From: Rhodothermales bacterium
GTDB lineage: Bacteria > Bacteroidota > Rhodothermia > Rhodothermales > Bin80
DNA: 64,000 bases
NCBI GenBank assembly: GCA_958296045.1
Contig: CATQHT010000001.1
Coordinates: 965,395 to 1,029,394, forward strand
Direction of reading: 5' to 3'
The notes below the pieces were generated by a model. The model was given only the letters and a program-made list of their open reading frames with translations. It was not told where the DNA came from and searched no databases. Positions 26,972-37,609 of this stretch are shown piece after piece. Every line of letters starts with the position of its first letter. The stretch's first letter is position 1. The position numbers and the translations under genes are program-made.

Positions 26972-28567
26972 ATGACTCTTTCCATGCGGTATCTCTGCCT
27001 GCTCGGAACGCTTCTAGTCTCCTGCTCTGCCCTCGAGCGGAGGCCTCCGTTGAACGTGGTGGTCATTCTGGTGGACGACCTGGGATGGAGTGATACCGGT
27101 ATCTATGGAAGCACCTTCTACCAAACCCCAGACATTGACATTCTGGCTGGCAAAGGGATGCGGTGGACTGAATTCTATGCGACCAGCGGCGTCTGCTCGC
27201 CAACGCGCGCAAGCATCATGACGGGACGACATCCGGCTCGCCTGCAGATCACCAACTGGATAGGAGGAGAACAGCAAGGCCAGCTCAACCAGGCTCCCTA
27301 CCAGCGCCAGCTGCCAACAGAAGAGGTGACCATCGGTGAGGTCTTCCAAGATGCCGGATACGTCACCGCCTACATTGGTAAGTGGCACCTGGGAACGGAA
27401 GGCTTCATGCCAAAAGACCAGGGCTTTCACCACACTCATGCCGTTAACTTCGCTGGGCAGCCAGGGTCCTTTTTTGCGCCCTATAAGAATGCGCGCTTTC
27501 CGGCATCCAATGTGCCAGACCTGGCCGACGATCCAGATAGCACATACCTGACGGATCGGCTGACCGATGCAGCGCTGTCTTTCCTGTTCACCGCACAAGA
27601 CGATCCGTTTCTGCTGGTCCTGTCCCACTATGCAGTCCATACACCGCTGCAGGCCAAACCCCACTATGCCGCCTGGTTTGAAGGAACAGCGGACGACCAG
27701 GCCGCGGCCACTCTTGCGAGCACACCTGAGAGTCCCCTGCCCCGCTGGCTCAACAGCCCAGGGCCAATCCGGGATACGATGAGCACCGGACCCGCCTTTC
27801 GTCCTGACGGCACCGCCTATGGCATGACCCGGCAGCGGCACGACCATGCGGTCTATGCCGCTATGATTGCTTCTGTAGACGAGAGCGTCGGCCGCATCAA
27901 TGCCGCGCTGGAACACCTGGGCCTTGTCGACCACACCATCGTCGTTTTCACTTCCGACAATGGAGGTCTGAGCACGTTGTCAGACGGCCGCCGCTGGGCA
28001 CCCACGTCAAACCGGCCGCTGCGCGCGGGCAAAGGCTTTCTGTACGAAGGAGGTATTCGCATTCCGCTTATGATCCGTGATCCGCGTGGGCCGCGTGGCA
28101 AACTCATCACAGGATCAGCCTCCACCAATGACCTCTTACCGACCCTCGCGGGCCTGGCTGGCCTGGAACCGCCCACAGGCCTCGACGGGATGGATCTGTC
28201 GCGCGTCATCAGGCACAACGTCTGTCGAATCCCGCCTGATAAACTGCCCGGGCTCAGAGAATCTGATGTCCCGTCAGAATGCGTGAATAAGGAGATCGCG
28301 CTGCCGAAGCAGACGCTCTACTGGCACTTTCCGCACTACCATGGCTCTGGCAACCGGCCAAGCGGCGCGATTCGCGACGGCCATTATAAGCTCATAGAAT
28401 GGCTGGAAGATGGGAGCGTGGAGCTGTATGACCTCAGGCGTGACTTGAGCGAAAGCACTAATCTCGCTTCCGAACTGCCAGAGGTAGCTGCCAGACTGCA
28501 AGCAGACCTGCACCAGTGGCGGGCGGACACCCAGGTGCAAATGCCCACGCCCAATCCAGACTACTGA
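26972..28567 (+). CDS. sulfatase (arylsulfatase A family, formylglycine-dependent)
   Basis: NVVVILVDDLGWSD plus the C-x-P-x-R signature in GVCSPTRASIMTGRHP. N-terminal signal peptide present. Confidence 0.9.
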   Translation: MTLSMRYLCLLGTLLVSCSALERRPPLNVVVILVDDLGWSDTGIYGSTFYQTPDIDILAGKGMRWTEFYATSGVCSPTRASIMTGRHPARLQITNWIGGEQQGQLNQAPYQRQLPTEEVTIGEVFQDAGYVTAYIGKWHLGTEGFMPKDQGFHHTHAVNFAGQPGSFFAPYKNARFPASNVPDLADDPDSTYLTDRLTDAALSFLFTAQDDPFLLVLSHYAVHTPLQAKPHYAAWFEGTADDQAAATLASTPESPLPRWLNSPGPIRDTMSTGPAFRPDGTAYGMTRQRHDHAVYAAMIASVDESVGRINAALEHLGLVDHTIVVFTSDNGGLSTLSDGRRWAPTSNRPLRAGKGFLYEGGIRIPLMIRDPRGPRGKLITGSASTNDLLPTLAGLAGLEPPTGLDGMDLSRVIRHNVCRIPPDKLPGLRESDVPSECVNKEIALPKQTLYWHFPHYHGSGNRPSGAIRDGHYKLIEWLEDGSVELYDLRRDLSESTNLASELPEVAARLQADLHQWRADTQVQMPTPNPDY

Positions 28568-28589
28568 CCCTGGAGAGAAGCCACCGGAT

Positions 28590-30086
28590 TTACAAGTCGA
28601 CTCCGACCATCCGATAGCTTACAAAAGCGAGCTGCTGGCCATCCGGCGACCATGACGGCACATTGATGGTTCCCTGACCACCGAACAGCGTGGCAATAGC
28701 CTGAGGCTCGCCGCCTTCGGCCGCCATCATGCGCAACGTAACCTGCTTGTTGGGCGGATGCCCCTCTACCGTTCCATCATACGATAGGAATACCAGCCAG
28801 TGGCCATCAGGAGAAGGATGCGGAAACCAGTCCGCAAAGCTGTCATCAAACGTTAACTGCTCCAGGTTGGACCCATCCGGTGCCATGCGCCAGAGCTTCA
28901 TGGATCCCGTACGCTCAGAATTGAAGTAGATATAAGCGCCGTCAGGAGCGTAGTCTGGCCCATCATCCAACCCCGGAACGTCGGTCAGCCGGACCTCCTC
29001 GCCACCCGTGTACGGTATAACGTAAATATCAAAGTCACCGTCCCGCCGCGCCGTGTAGGCAAGCAACTCCCCGTCTGGAGACCAACCATGCCAATAGGAA
29101 GGTGCTTGCGTCGTGACCTGAACCGGGTCACCGCCACCAGCCGGGATCGTGTAGATCTGTGACCCCTCGTCACTGGGTGAATGACTGATTGCCATCATCG
29201 TGCCGTCTGGAGAAAAGCCGTGATCGTTATTGATCCGATCCGCTGAACCCGTCTCAATGAGTCGCACGATCTTGGAATCTATCTCAATAGAATATAACCT
29301 CCCATTCTGATTGTAAACCAGTGACTCACCGTCAGGTGACCAGTTGGGCGCTTCCATATGGGACCGTGAGCGGCGAATGATGCGCCGCTCTCCCGTGCCC
29401 GGATTGAGAACCTCCAGTGAGCTCTCCAACTCACGCTCTTCAGACATGCCAGGCACTATCAACTCCACATTCGTGAATACGGCGGCTTCCTGCACGGCTG
29501 CGTCATGCGCGCAAACCGCCAGACCCACATAGACCTCGTCTGGGAGCGGCACCACCACGTTGCCCACTACACGCATATCCTCCCTGCCACGAAGCAGGTA
29601 GAGCGTGTAAAGGCTATCCGTCCGCTCCAAGCGCAGTGTGGCTGGCGCGCGCACGCCCGACAGCACCTCGTACGTAGGCCCGCCTTTGAGCATGCGGTAC
29701 TGAAGGGCAATCAACCCATCGCCGTGCACCAACGCATCCACATAGGGACTGTCATCACGCAAGGTGGCGCGCACCATCCAACCCGCCTTTTTGAACATGT
29801 GCCCTCCGTCGTTCTCAAAATCGACATCCACCTGGGCCACGAAATCTCCTGCGGCGCGCCGCCAAACGTAGTAAAACTCATCCCGCTCCCCATCGATATC
29901 CGCGCCGCTGCCCGTGATGGTATACATCTCAGCAGCCGCTTCGTACGCCAGGCTGCCGCCCAGCCTGCTGCCACCCACATTGGTTTCTCCTTCGAACATC
30001 CCCCGATCCACCTTGGCGCACCCCATTAACTGGGTCGCAACGACGGCACATGCCAGCACAATTCCCAACAGAATTCTTTCAGACAT
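28590..30086 (-). CDS. TolB-like WD40/PD40 beta-propeller protein with N-terminal jelly-roll-like domain, lipoprotein
   Basis: Repeated PD40 units (SPDGESLVY, SPDGTMMAISH, SPDGELLAYTARRDGDFDIYV, YAPDGAYIYFNSERTG, SPDGHWLVF, SPDGQQLAFVS). Signal with Cys (LMGCA). Confidence 0.75.
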   Translation of the reverse strand: MSERILLGIVLACAVVATQLMGCAKVDRGMFEGETNVGGSRLGGSLAYEAAAEMYTITGSGADIDGERDEFYYVWRRAAGDFVAQVDVDFENDGGHMFKKAGWMVRATLRDDSPYVDALVHGDGLIALQYRMLKGGPTYEVLSGVRAPATLRLERTDSLYTLYLLRGREDMRVVGNVVVPLPDEVYVGLAVCAHDAAVQEAAVFTNVELIVPGMSEERELESSLEVLNPGTGERRIIRRSRSHMEAPNWSPDGESLVYNQNGRLYSIEIDSKIVRLIETGSADRINNDHGFSPDGTMMAISHSPSDEGSQIYTIPAGGGDPVQVTTQAPSYWHGWSPDGELLAYTARRDGDFDIYVIPYTGGEEVRLTDVPGLDDGPDYAPDGAYIYFNSERTGSMKLWRMAPDGSNLEQLTFDDSFADWFPHPSPDGHWLVFLSYDGTVEGHPPNKQVTLRMMAAEGGEPQAIATLFGGQGTINVPSWSPDGQQLAFVSYRMVGVDL

Positions 30087-30094
30087 CGCTAAGC

Positions 30095-30985
30095 TCAGAT
30101 GTAACGAAACGGATCTCCAGATGCCACATGGCTCACCCTAACTTCGGGAACGCGAGGGGTCAGCCACCGGGCCAGATATGCCATGCCAGGATCTTCGCTG
30201 AGCGCATGGCCAACCGCGATCAGGCCGCGAATCTGACCCGCCACCTTGCCATCACGCACATACTCGGTCGTTTCCCATTCGCGAACCTCGCCGACCACCA
30301 AGGCATCTACCTGGCGAAGAAGCTCAATCTGGCGCTGACCACCGACCGCGCCCACGAGCAGACCCACATCCCGGCACACAAGCTCTGGAGGCCCCATGAC
30401 GCGCACACGCTGCGAACCGAATAGGCGTTTCATCAACAGTGACAGGCGCGCCAGCGTAGTTTCTGGGATATGACATACATACGGCCGTTCTGGATCCGAG
30501 TACCCTGCCCATCCGAGTTGCTCGAGGACACCTATCAAGATGCCATCAGAGCTATGGGCATGCCAGTAGTCATGAAAACGCCAAACAACGATCCCATATT
30601 CCTCCAGCAACTGGCGCTTTGCACGATAGACCGGATCGCCCTGCAGCCATTCCGTCTCATCCAGATGGTTATAGAAGGTAGGTTCGTGCGTTATTATCAG
30701 GTTCGCTCCGCGCTGGACGGCGTTGGCAATCACATCCACCGTCGCCAGGAATGTCGTGACAATGCCGCGCACCTCCTGCATTGGGTCGCCTACCTTGACA
30801 GTGTCAACAGAAGAATCCCACGGCGCATCAGGAGCCGCCTCGATGCAGAGGTCGATCACATCCTGGATGGACCGTGCTCTGGGTACCACGATATTTGGCG
30901 CTACTACGAGGCCGGCCGCAGCAACCAGAAACTCACGACGGGAAGACATCAGCCGCATCCCAACAGTGGACGAAACAGAACCCAT
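30095..30985 (-). CDS. NIF3-like (DUF34) dinuclear-metal-centre family protein with Tat-type signal
   Basis: SRREFLVAAAGLVVA twin-arginine-like N-terminus. NIF3-like block GANLIITHEPTFYN and C-terminal metal-site region VGHALSEDPG. Confidence 0.55.
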   Translation of the reverse strand: MGSVSSTVGMRLMSSRREFLVAAAGLVVAPNIVVPRARSIQDVIDLCIEAAPDAPWDSSVDTVKVGDPMQEVRGIVTTFLATVDVIANAVQRGANLIITHEPTFYNHLDETEWLQGDPVYRAKRQLLEEYGIVVWRFHDYWHAHSSDGILIGVLEQLGWAGYSDPERPYVCHIPETTLARLSLLMKRLFGSQRVRVMGPPELVCRDVGLLVGAVGGQRQIELLRQVDALVVGEVREWETTEYVRDGKVAGQIRGLIAVGHALSEDPGMAYLARWLTPRVPEVRVSHVASGDPFRYI

Positions 30986-31042
30986 TGAACCTATTGCTGG
31001 CCGTTTTGGTCTAACTTTCGCGAATTACCTTTCCCAAGGATC

Positions 31043-32461
31043 ATGCCTCAATCCCTGCTACTATCGTGCCTCGGTCTGATTCTGGCCCCGCCTTGCATCT
31101 TGGCCGCCCAGGACGGCGCCTGGGTCAGCCTGGTCCTGGACTCCTCGCTTGATGGCTGGACCCGCCTGAACGGAGAGGCGGACTTCAGCCTTGAGGGGGA
31201 AACCATCACCGGCACTACCATGCATGGCACCCCCAACACGTTTCTGGCCACGGACCGCACGTATGGGGACTTTTCTTTACGCATGGAGGTCTGGGTCAAT
31301 TCAGGCATCAATTCAGGCATCCAGATACGAAGCGAAAGCCATCCCGACTACATGAACGGTCGTGTCCACGGATACCAGGTGGAGGTTGATCCCAGCGCCC
31401 GTGCATGGAGCGGCGGCATCTATGATGAGGCACGCCGCGGATGGCTCTACCCCATGATACTCAATCCGGCTTGTAGAGACGCCTTCAGGGTCGAAGAGTG
31501 GAACGAATACTACGTTGAGGCTATAGGTCCGCTCTTACGCACGTGGGTCAATGACATCCCGTGTGCGGCTCTGTATGACGACATGACCCTGGATGGGTTC
31601 ATCGCGCTGCAGGTCCATTCGGTCGGCAGCCCTAATGATGCGGGTAAGATAATCCAGTGGCGTGACATTCAGATCAGTGAAGGGACCATCGTGGCGCGGC
31701 CGTTCGATGACACCTATGTCGTTAACCTAGTACCCAACACGCTTTCGGCGCAGGAAGAAGCGCAGGGATGGACGCTGCTCTTTGATGGTGAGACCACTGA
31801 TGGATGGCGCGGCGCGGGCCGGGAGTCCTTTCCCGAGCGGGGCTGGAAGGTGGAGAATGGCGTGCTTATTGTGGAAGCTTCCGGGGGCGCCGAAGCGGCC
31901 TATGGCGGCGACATCGTGACCGAGGAGGAGTACACTCTGTTCGACTTCAGTATGGACTTCATGCTTTCTGAAGGGGCCAACAGCGGCATCAAGTACTTCA
32001 TCACCGAGAGTTACGGCAGCGACGCTTCTGCAATCGGGCTGGAATTTCAGCTGCTAGACGACGAGCGTCATCTGGATGCCGCCCGGGGGACGGCAGGCAA
32101 CCGAACCTTGGGAGCGCTTTATGATCTTATTCCGCCAGCAGACGGCAAGACCGTGCGAGGTCCGGGCAACTGGAACCGCGCACGTATCACGGTGTCAGGG
32201 GTGCATGTGCACGAACATGTTATGGGCAGTCGCATGCAACAGCACACCTTTGCCGGATCGCATGTGACCCACTGGCTCAATGACCGCATCGCCGTCGAGT
32301 ATGAGCGAGGCAATCAAGCGTTTGATGCGCTGGTTGCACGCAGCAAGTACGCGGTGTGGGAAGGCTTCGGGCACTGGCAGAGCGGACATATCCTATTGCA
32401 GGACCATGGCGACGAGGTCCACTTCCGAAGCATCAAGGTGCGTCGCCTCGACGCTCCTTAG
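31043..32461 (+). CDS. secreted protein with two DUF1080 (3-keto-disaccharide hydrolase-like) domains
   Basis: Signal peptide. Two copies of the DUF1080 pattern (LDGWTRLNGEADFSLEGETITG...NTFLATDRTYGDFSLRMEV...NSGIQIRS, and GWTLLFDGETTDGWRGAG...NSGIKYF...ILLQDHGDEVHFRSIKV). Confidence 0.8.
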   Translation: MPQSLLLSCLGLILAPPCILAAQDGAWVSLVLDSSLDGWTRLNGEADFSLEGETITGTTMHGTPNTFLATDRTYGDFSLRMEVWVNSGINSGIQIRSESHPDYMNGRVHGYQVEVDPSARAWSGGIYDEARRGWLYPMILNPACRDAFRVEEWNEYYVEAIGPLLRTWVNDIPCAALYDDMTLDGFIALQVHSVGSPNDAGKIIQWRDIQISEGTIVARPFDDTYVVNLVPNTLSAQEEAQGWTLLFDGETTDGWRGAGRESFPERGWKVENGVLIVEASGGAEAAYGGDIVTEEEYTLFDFSMDFMLSEGANSGIKYFITESYGSDASAIGLEFQLLDDERHLDAARGTAGNRTLGALYDLIPPADGKTVRGPGNWNRARITVSGVHVHEHVMGSRMQQHTFAGSHVTHWLNDRIAVEYERGNQAFDALVARSKYAVWEGFGHWQSGHILLQDHGDEVHFRSIKVRRLDAP

Positions 32462-33891
32462 TTGTCGGCGCGCCACTGCCCTGGGTGAAACGTCTGCAGC
32501 GATGCGCTGTGGGCTGCTGTGCGGCGTAACGCGGCGGCGCTGGACAGGTCCCCCATCGCCCAGGCCTGCACCAGCAAGTTACCAAGTGAGGTCGCTTCGG
32601 CCGGCCCAGCCACCACACGGCAACCGCATGCATCCGCAGTCCACTGATTAAGGAGCGCGTTGCGCGAGCCACCGCCAATGATGTGGAGTACCTCGATCGG
32701 GCAGCCGGTGAGCTGTTCCAGTGCGCTCAGCTCCTTGCCCACCGCGTGCGCTAGGCTCTTGAGGATCAGCCGCACCAGTGCTCCACGCCCCCTGGGGGGA
32801 GGCATGTCGTGCTCCAGGCAGTAACGATGTACGGTTTGCGGCATGTGGCTTCGCGCTGCAAACCGGGGATCGAACAGATCCAGTAGCGCCTTACTGTCAC
32901 CGGCGGCGACTGCTTCATTCATTAGCGTCGCGTAGTTGAAGCGCTGCCCAGCCGCGCGCCAGGTACGTTCACACTCCTGCAGCACCCATAGTCCGGTCAG
33001 ATTCCTGAGCAGGCGGATCGACCGGTTAAACCCAACCTCGTGCGTGAACCCGAGCGCGCGCGTTTGCGCACTGATCATCGGCCGATCCAACTCCACGCCC
33101 AGGATACCCCATGTCCCACTGCTCAGAAATGCCCATGTACCGCCGTCACTGCGGACCGGCGTGGCAGCCACCGCACATGCCGTGTCGTGTGAACATCCAG
33201 CCACGACCTCTATCGGGGAAGTCTCGATGGTTTGCTGGGCAGGACCCAGCCGCGTGCCGGAAGGCACCACCTGGGGCCAGGTCTCAGAGCGCAATCCCAA
33301 ATCATCCATAAGGGAACGCGCCCAAGTCATGGAATGCGGCGCAAAGAGCTGCGTCGTGCTCGCCGCTGAAACCTCGGCTATGGCTATCCCACTGAATCGG
33401 TAATTAAAATAGTCGGCGATAAGTAGGCGTGTTGCAGTCTTGTCGAAGTCTTCGGGCGTCAGCACTTGATCCGCCATCACCTGCCACAGCGTGTTGATCG
33501 CTTGCGGCTGCACGCCGGTTGCCGCAAATAGGGCCTCAGGATCGATGCGATAGGCGATCTCTTTGTCCATACCTTCCGTACGGGGGTCTCGGTAGCAGTG
33601 GGCCTGGCGGACAGGCCTGAAAGACTTATCCAGCGGCACGTAGTCCACACCCCACGAATCCACGCTAACGCTGCGAAGCTCTTGGTGAGCGCAGACTCGC
33701 TGCAAGGTGCTCCGAAGTTCCTGCCAGATCGCTTCCAGGTCCCAGTACAGGCGCGCTCCGCGCACCAATAGCGGCGTTGGAAAGCGATGCACCTCCTCTA
33801 GGGCCATGCGCTGCCCGGTGAGCGTCCCCACTACCGCACGGCAGCTGGATGCTCCAAGGTCAAAGGCCAAGTAGCTCGGCGAAGTGCTCAT
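32458..33891 (-). CDS. rhaB: rhamnulokinase (FGGY family)
   Basis: Collinear with E. coli RhaB as I recall it: AFDLGASSCR, EVHRFPT, DSWGVDYV, YRDPRTEG, CSHDTACAVAATP, LSSGTWGILG, LTGLWVLQE, HIIGGGSRNALLNQWTADACGCRVVAGPAEATSLGN. Confidence 0.85.
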   Translation of the reverse strand: MSTSPSYLAFDLGASSCRAVVGTLTGQRMALEEVHRFPTPLLVRGARLYWDLEAIWQELRSTLQRVCAHQELRSVSVDSWGVDYVPLDKSFRPVRQAHCYRDPRTEGMDKEIAYRIDPEALFAATGVQPQAINTLWQVMADQVLTPEDFDKTATRLLIADYFNYRFSGIAIAEVSAASTTQLFAPHSMTWARSLMDDLGLRSETWPQVVPSGTRLGPAQQTIETSPIEVVAGCSHDTACAVAATPVRSDGGTWAFLSSGTWGILGVELDRPMISAQTRALGFTHEVGFNRSIRLLRNLTGLWVLQECERTWRAAGQRFNYATLMNEAVAAGDSKALLDLFDPRFAARSHMPQTVHRYCLEHDMPPPRGRGALVRLILKSLAHAVGKELSALEQLTGCPIEVLHIIGGGSRNALLNQWTADACGCRVVAGPAEATSLGNLLVQAWAMGDLSSAAALRRTAAHSASLQTFHPGQWRADN

Positions 33892-34823
33892 CGGGTACGT
33901 CGTAAAAGGAGTGTGGATTGGTCGGTAGCTAGCAGTTCCCTACTCTTATCAGACCGGCGAAGGCACAAGAATTGCATTTGCGGCCACCAAGCAATGCTTC
34001 AGGAATTCCTGCCGGTTCACATAAACCACTGCCTATCCTAGACGTTGCCTGTATCTGCCCCGGTAGTGGTCCATCCTTAGTGGACACGTGGAAGTCCTTA
34101 GTACGCCTTTGTCAGGGACCAACCTCAGGTGCTCCAGCAATCCTGAATTGTCGTGCAGCTAGGCAATGTGTGGCCCATTCACTGGAGCGGTGAAGCACCC
34201 GTGTGACCCCGACGGCGAGCACGATGCGCGCGTCGCGCTCGCCAACCCCGTCCAGCTTGCGTCGGATTGGGCGCACAATTTCGTCGGAATAGGAAACTCT
34301 TGGGTAGACCCACCTAAGAGAATCGGATTGTCGTCGGATTTGCCTACGTGTGGCAGACTTCATGTCGATGCGATCTCCGCGGAGCTCACCTGATGGGGAC
34401 ACGGTTGGACGGTGCGTTATTGAGATTCACCAGCCTTCGTGGTTCTCTTGACCCTGATGCCTGCCTCTATGAAGCGAACCCGCACCATGCCGATCTTAGA
34501 GAATTTATACCCCGCGGGGCATTGCTGCGAAATGCTAACGTTTAGGAAGCAGAGCTGGAATATTCCGTATTGACGCAAGACTCGGGGCAGCGCGCTTGAA
34601 GCGGATCCGTTCGACCGTCGTCTATGCCTGTTCCTACCACCATATAGCAGCCGGGGACAATGCCAGACTCCAGCACAAAGGTAGCCACGCCAACGCAGTC
34701 AGAGCCATTAGCCGCTGTGCCCTACTGCCCGATCTTGCGCGGCAGCCTCGCGCTCGCGCACTCAGTGGGCTTGCAGCCACATGCCTGCCCCAGCGGAACA
34801 GGCTGGACCTGTGCTTGGCTCCC

Positions 34824-35462
34824 TTAGCGCACGAGCGCAAGTGAGGTGCACATGCTCAGCACGTCATCTAGGGCCTTGCGCTCTGCGCTATCGATCGAGA
34901 GGCGATACTTTACGCGCACAGCCACCACGCGCGCCGCGAACCAACACTTGTTGCGTTCTGGGATCCACTTAGCAGCGTCGTAGTGCCGCTTCTTATAACG
35001 GTTCAGATGAGGCTCCGCCAGCGTGAGGTTCAGTATATCTCCAGCAAAAGTCTTGCGCTCCTGCCTCGAACGGGCGCACAGCCCGCTGTCGTGCGCCTCT
35101 GATATAGCCACAATATGCTCAATGTCAGTGTAATACTTGGTTTCAAATCGCTCCCCCGTGTACGGGCTGAATATTGCGCCCAGTGAGGCAATGATGCTGT
35201 CCTCCACGCTCTGGCTGTACTCGTAATCCCCACGATCATAGGGAGCACACCGCTGCTCGGCTGCTAATGTCAGGCTCTTGAGCGCTTCCCGCACGCATGC
35301 CACCTCTTGGAGCGAATCACAGATCTGGCCTTGGCTGGGCATACTCCAGAGCCCCAGCGAGTAGATGGCTGCAAGAACTACCATGCGGAGCGAAAGAACC
35401 CGCGAGCTCCCGATGCGGTAGGGTACTGGGTGGTCCATGACTCGAATGTATCGTTGCCTCAC
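34824..35462 (-). CDS. secreted HNH/His-Me-finger nuclease-like protein (DUF1524-like)
   Basis: Signal-like VVLAAIYSLGLWSMPSQGQ. Block YTGERFETKYYTDIEHIVAISEAHDSG...NLTLAEPHLNRYKK resembles the DUF1524/GmrSD C-terminal nuclease motif. Confidence 0.5.
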   Translation of the reverse strand: MRQRYIRVMDHPVPYRIGSSRVLSLRMVVLAAIYSLGLWSMPSQGQICDSLQEVACVREALKSLTLAAEQRCAPYDRGDYEYSQSVEDSIIASLGAIFSPYTGERFETKYYTDIEHIVAISEAHDSGLCARSRQERKTFAGDILNLTLAEPHLNRYKKRHYDAAKWIPERNKCWFAARVVAVRVKYRLSIDSAERKALDDVLSMCTSLALVR

Positions 35463-36523
35463 ATATCTAGTATACAGCGGCAGACTGACACCCCTATGTC
35501 ACTTCAGGACAGCTTTTTTCTCTCCAGGCTAGTGGACCAGATTGCCTCAATAGAGGTTTAGCGTTTTCTCGGTACATGTGTTGGGGTCTGCATCTTAAGA
35601 GGGCGATCTCGTTGCGCGACATTGTCGGAGGCGCTATGCACCAATTCGGGAGGCCGGGTCATGGCACTGAAAATCCGGGGCACATCAGAAGCGATGTTGC
35701 TCTTGGTCGCACGATATGTGCATGAGGGTCCTTGCCAACTGCGTTTCTGGCGCCGCCAGCGTCCGTAATCGGCGCTGGAATGTCAGGTGCATGAAGGGGA
35801 CCGAAGACATAATGTAACCGTTCCACAGTGTGTGTTGAACGCAGGCCATGTACCGATCTTATGTCCTGACGGGCATCGCTCTGGGGCGCAACAATACTTG
35901 CATGCCGGATCACTCGAAGCAGCTCAACGCGCAGCCGTTGTCTACCTGCTGTTGGTAACCTGCAAGGCATAGACGTCGCCCATAACTGACTCTGAGATGT
36001 GCTAGAGTGCATACCTACGCACACCGCAGGAATTCGCGCGCTGCGGCCCCATCGGTGAACCAAGCGTGAGTGCTCCGCGACCTACCAGGCGCTGCTCCCA
36101 CCCGTAGAGACCTGCCGTACAAGCCCTTTGATACCACTGCTGAGCGCGAGACCTGTACCGAAGTGCCCAGGCACTTAAGTGATCTGTGTTCGTCTACCAC
36201 TAGTGTGCCTTGAGCACCCCATCGGGCCGCTACGCCAGCTGCCTTCGCCCAATAACCCCAGCAAGGTGCGCCGCCAACCGGATGCGCCTATCGTCCGTAA
36301 AACCCGGCATTCCTCGGCCAAGCGTCAGTACAGACACTCAAGAACATCCTGTGCGTCCCACCGGTCCGCGAAAATGCATTCCCATTTCTGAACCTCTAAA
36401 CTGGTACCGTCCACGCTTTGCTCAGCAGTTCGCAAGGGAACCATGCCGCGACGGATCGGCAGGGGTATCTTGTTGCCGGTGTTGTCTCCGACTCTGCGGG
36501 TCAACCGCTAACCAATACATCTG

Positions 36524-37513
36524 ATGCTCCGCCTTCGCTGGGGAATTCTGTCGACCGCCCGCATCGCCCGGCAGAAGGTCATCACCGCCATCCAGACAAG
36601 CGCTTCAGGCACCGTGACAGCCATTGCGTCCAGAAGCCGAGAGCGCGCCAGAGTAGTAGCCAAAAACGTTGGCATCGCAGCAACTACATGCACCTATAGC
36701 GAGCTCCTGGACCTTGAGCAAGTAGATGCTGTCTATATCCCACTTCCCAATCACCTACATGTGCCCTGGGCTATCGAAGCCCTCAAGGCGGGTAAGCACG
36801 TCCTTGTGGAAAAGCCGCTGGGCCTGTCCGCCAAGGATGCCTCCCGACTCGCCGAATGCGCTGCGGCTCATCTGGACCTTCTGGTGACAGAGGGCTTCAT
36901 GTACCGGCACCATCCGCAGTGGATACGCATCGGTGAACTTGTCGCCGAAGGCATGATTGGCGATGTCCGCACCGTGCACGTCATCTTCTCGTATTGTAAC
37001 ACGGATCCACGCAACATCCGCAACAGTGTGGCCATGGGAGGAGGTGCGCTGATGGACATCGGATGCTACGGGGTCTCGGTGGCACGCTTCCTGTTCCAGG
37101 CCGAACCCGTACGGGTGATCGCCACCATGCAATGCGATATGCACTTCAAAACCGATGTGCTCACTACGGGAATTCTGGAGTTCTGCAAAGGCCATGCCAT
37201 CTTCACGTGTGCAACGCAGGCACAACGAAATGAACGTGTAGAAGTGGTAGGAACGTCTGGCCGTATCACGGTGCCGACTCCATTTAACGTGTTGCCTGAT
37301 GCCCCCGCATTCATAGAAATTGTGGGCCAACGTGGAAGAGAGGTGCAACGGATCGAGCCAGCCAATCAATTCGCGCTGCAGGTTGACGCCTTCGCGCGCG
37401 CAGCAGCCAGCCGGGTCAATACCCAAGAGCCATTGCAAGAAGCGCTCAGGGGCATGCGCTGCCTCGATGCGCTTGCTAAGAGTGCACGTACCGGAGCATG
37501 GGTATCCCATTAG
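36524..37513 (+). CDS. Gfo/Idh/MocA-family NAD(P)-dependent oxidoreductase
   Basis: N-terminal Rossmann LRWGILSTARIARQKVI. Central ALKAGKHVLVEKPL block typical of the family. Confidence 0.85.
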   Translation: MLRLRWGILSTARIARQKVITAIQTSASGTVTAIASRSRERARVVAKNVGIAATTCTYSELLDLEQVDAVYIPLPNHLHVPWAIEALKAGKHVLVEKPLGLSAKDASRLAECAAAHLDLLVTEGFMYRHHPQWIRIGELVAEGMIGDVRTVHVIFSYCNTDPRNIRNSVAMGGGALMDIGCYGVSVARFLFQAEPVRVIATMQCDMHFKTDVLTTGILEFCKGHAIFTCATQAQRNERVEVVGTSGRITVPTPFNVLPDAPAFIEIVGQRGREVQRIEPANQFALQVDAFARAAASRVNTQEPLQEALRGMRCLDALAKSARTGAWVSH

Positions 37514-37609
37514 GAATACCAAAAGGGGTTGCAAGATCTGTCCTGCTCAGCAATCCGTACCTTATGTTCATCTGATCAGCCAACACTCCCACAGATTGCG
37601 CGCATACAA

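Noticed and set aside
34166-34560. Possible pentapeptide-repeat protein (DLRGAHLMGTRLDGALLRFTSLRGS..., ..ADLREF..ALLRNANV).
   Set aside because: The repeat signal is weak and spread over two frames with stops. At best it is a decayed fragment, not supportable as a gene.
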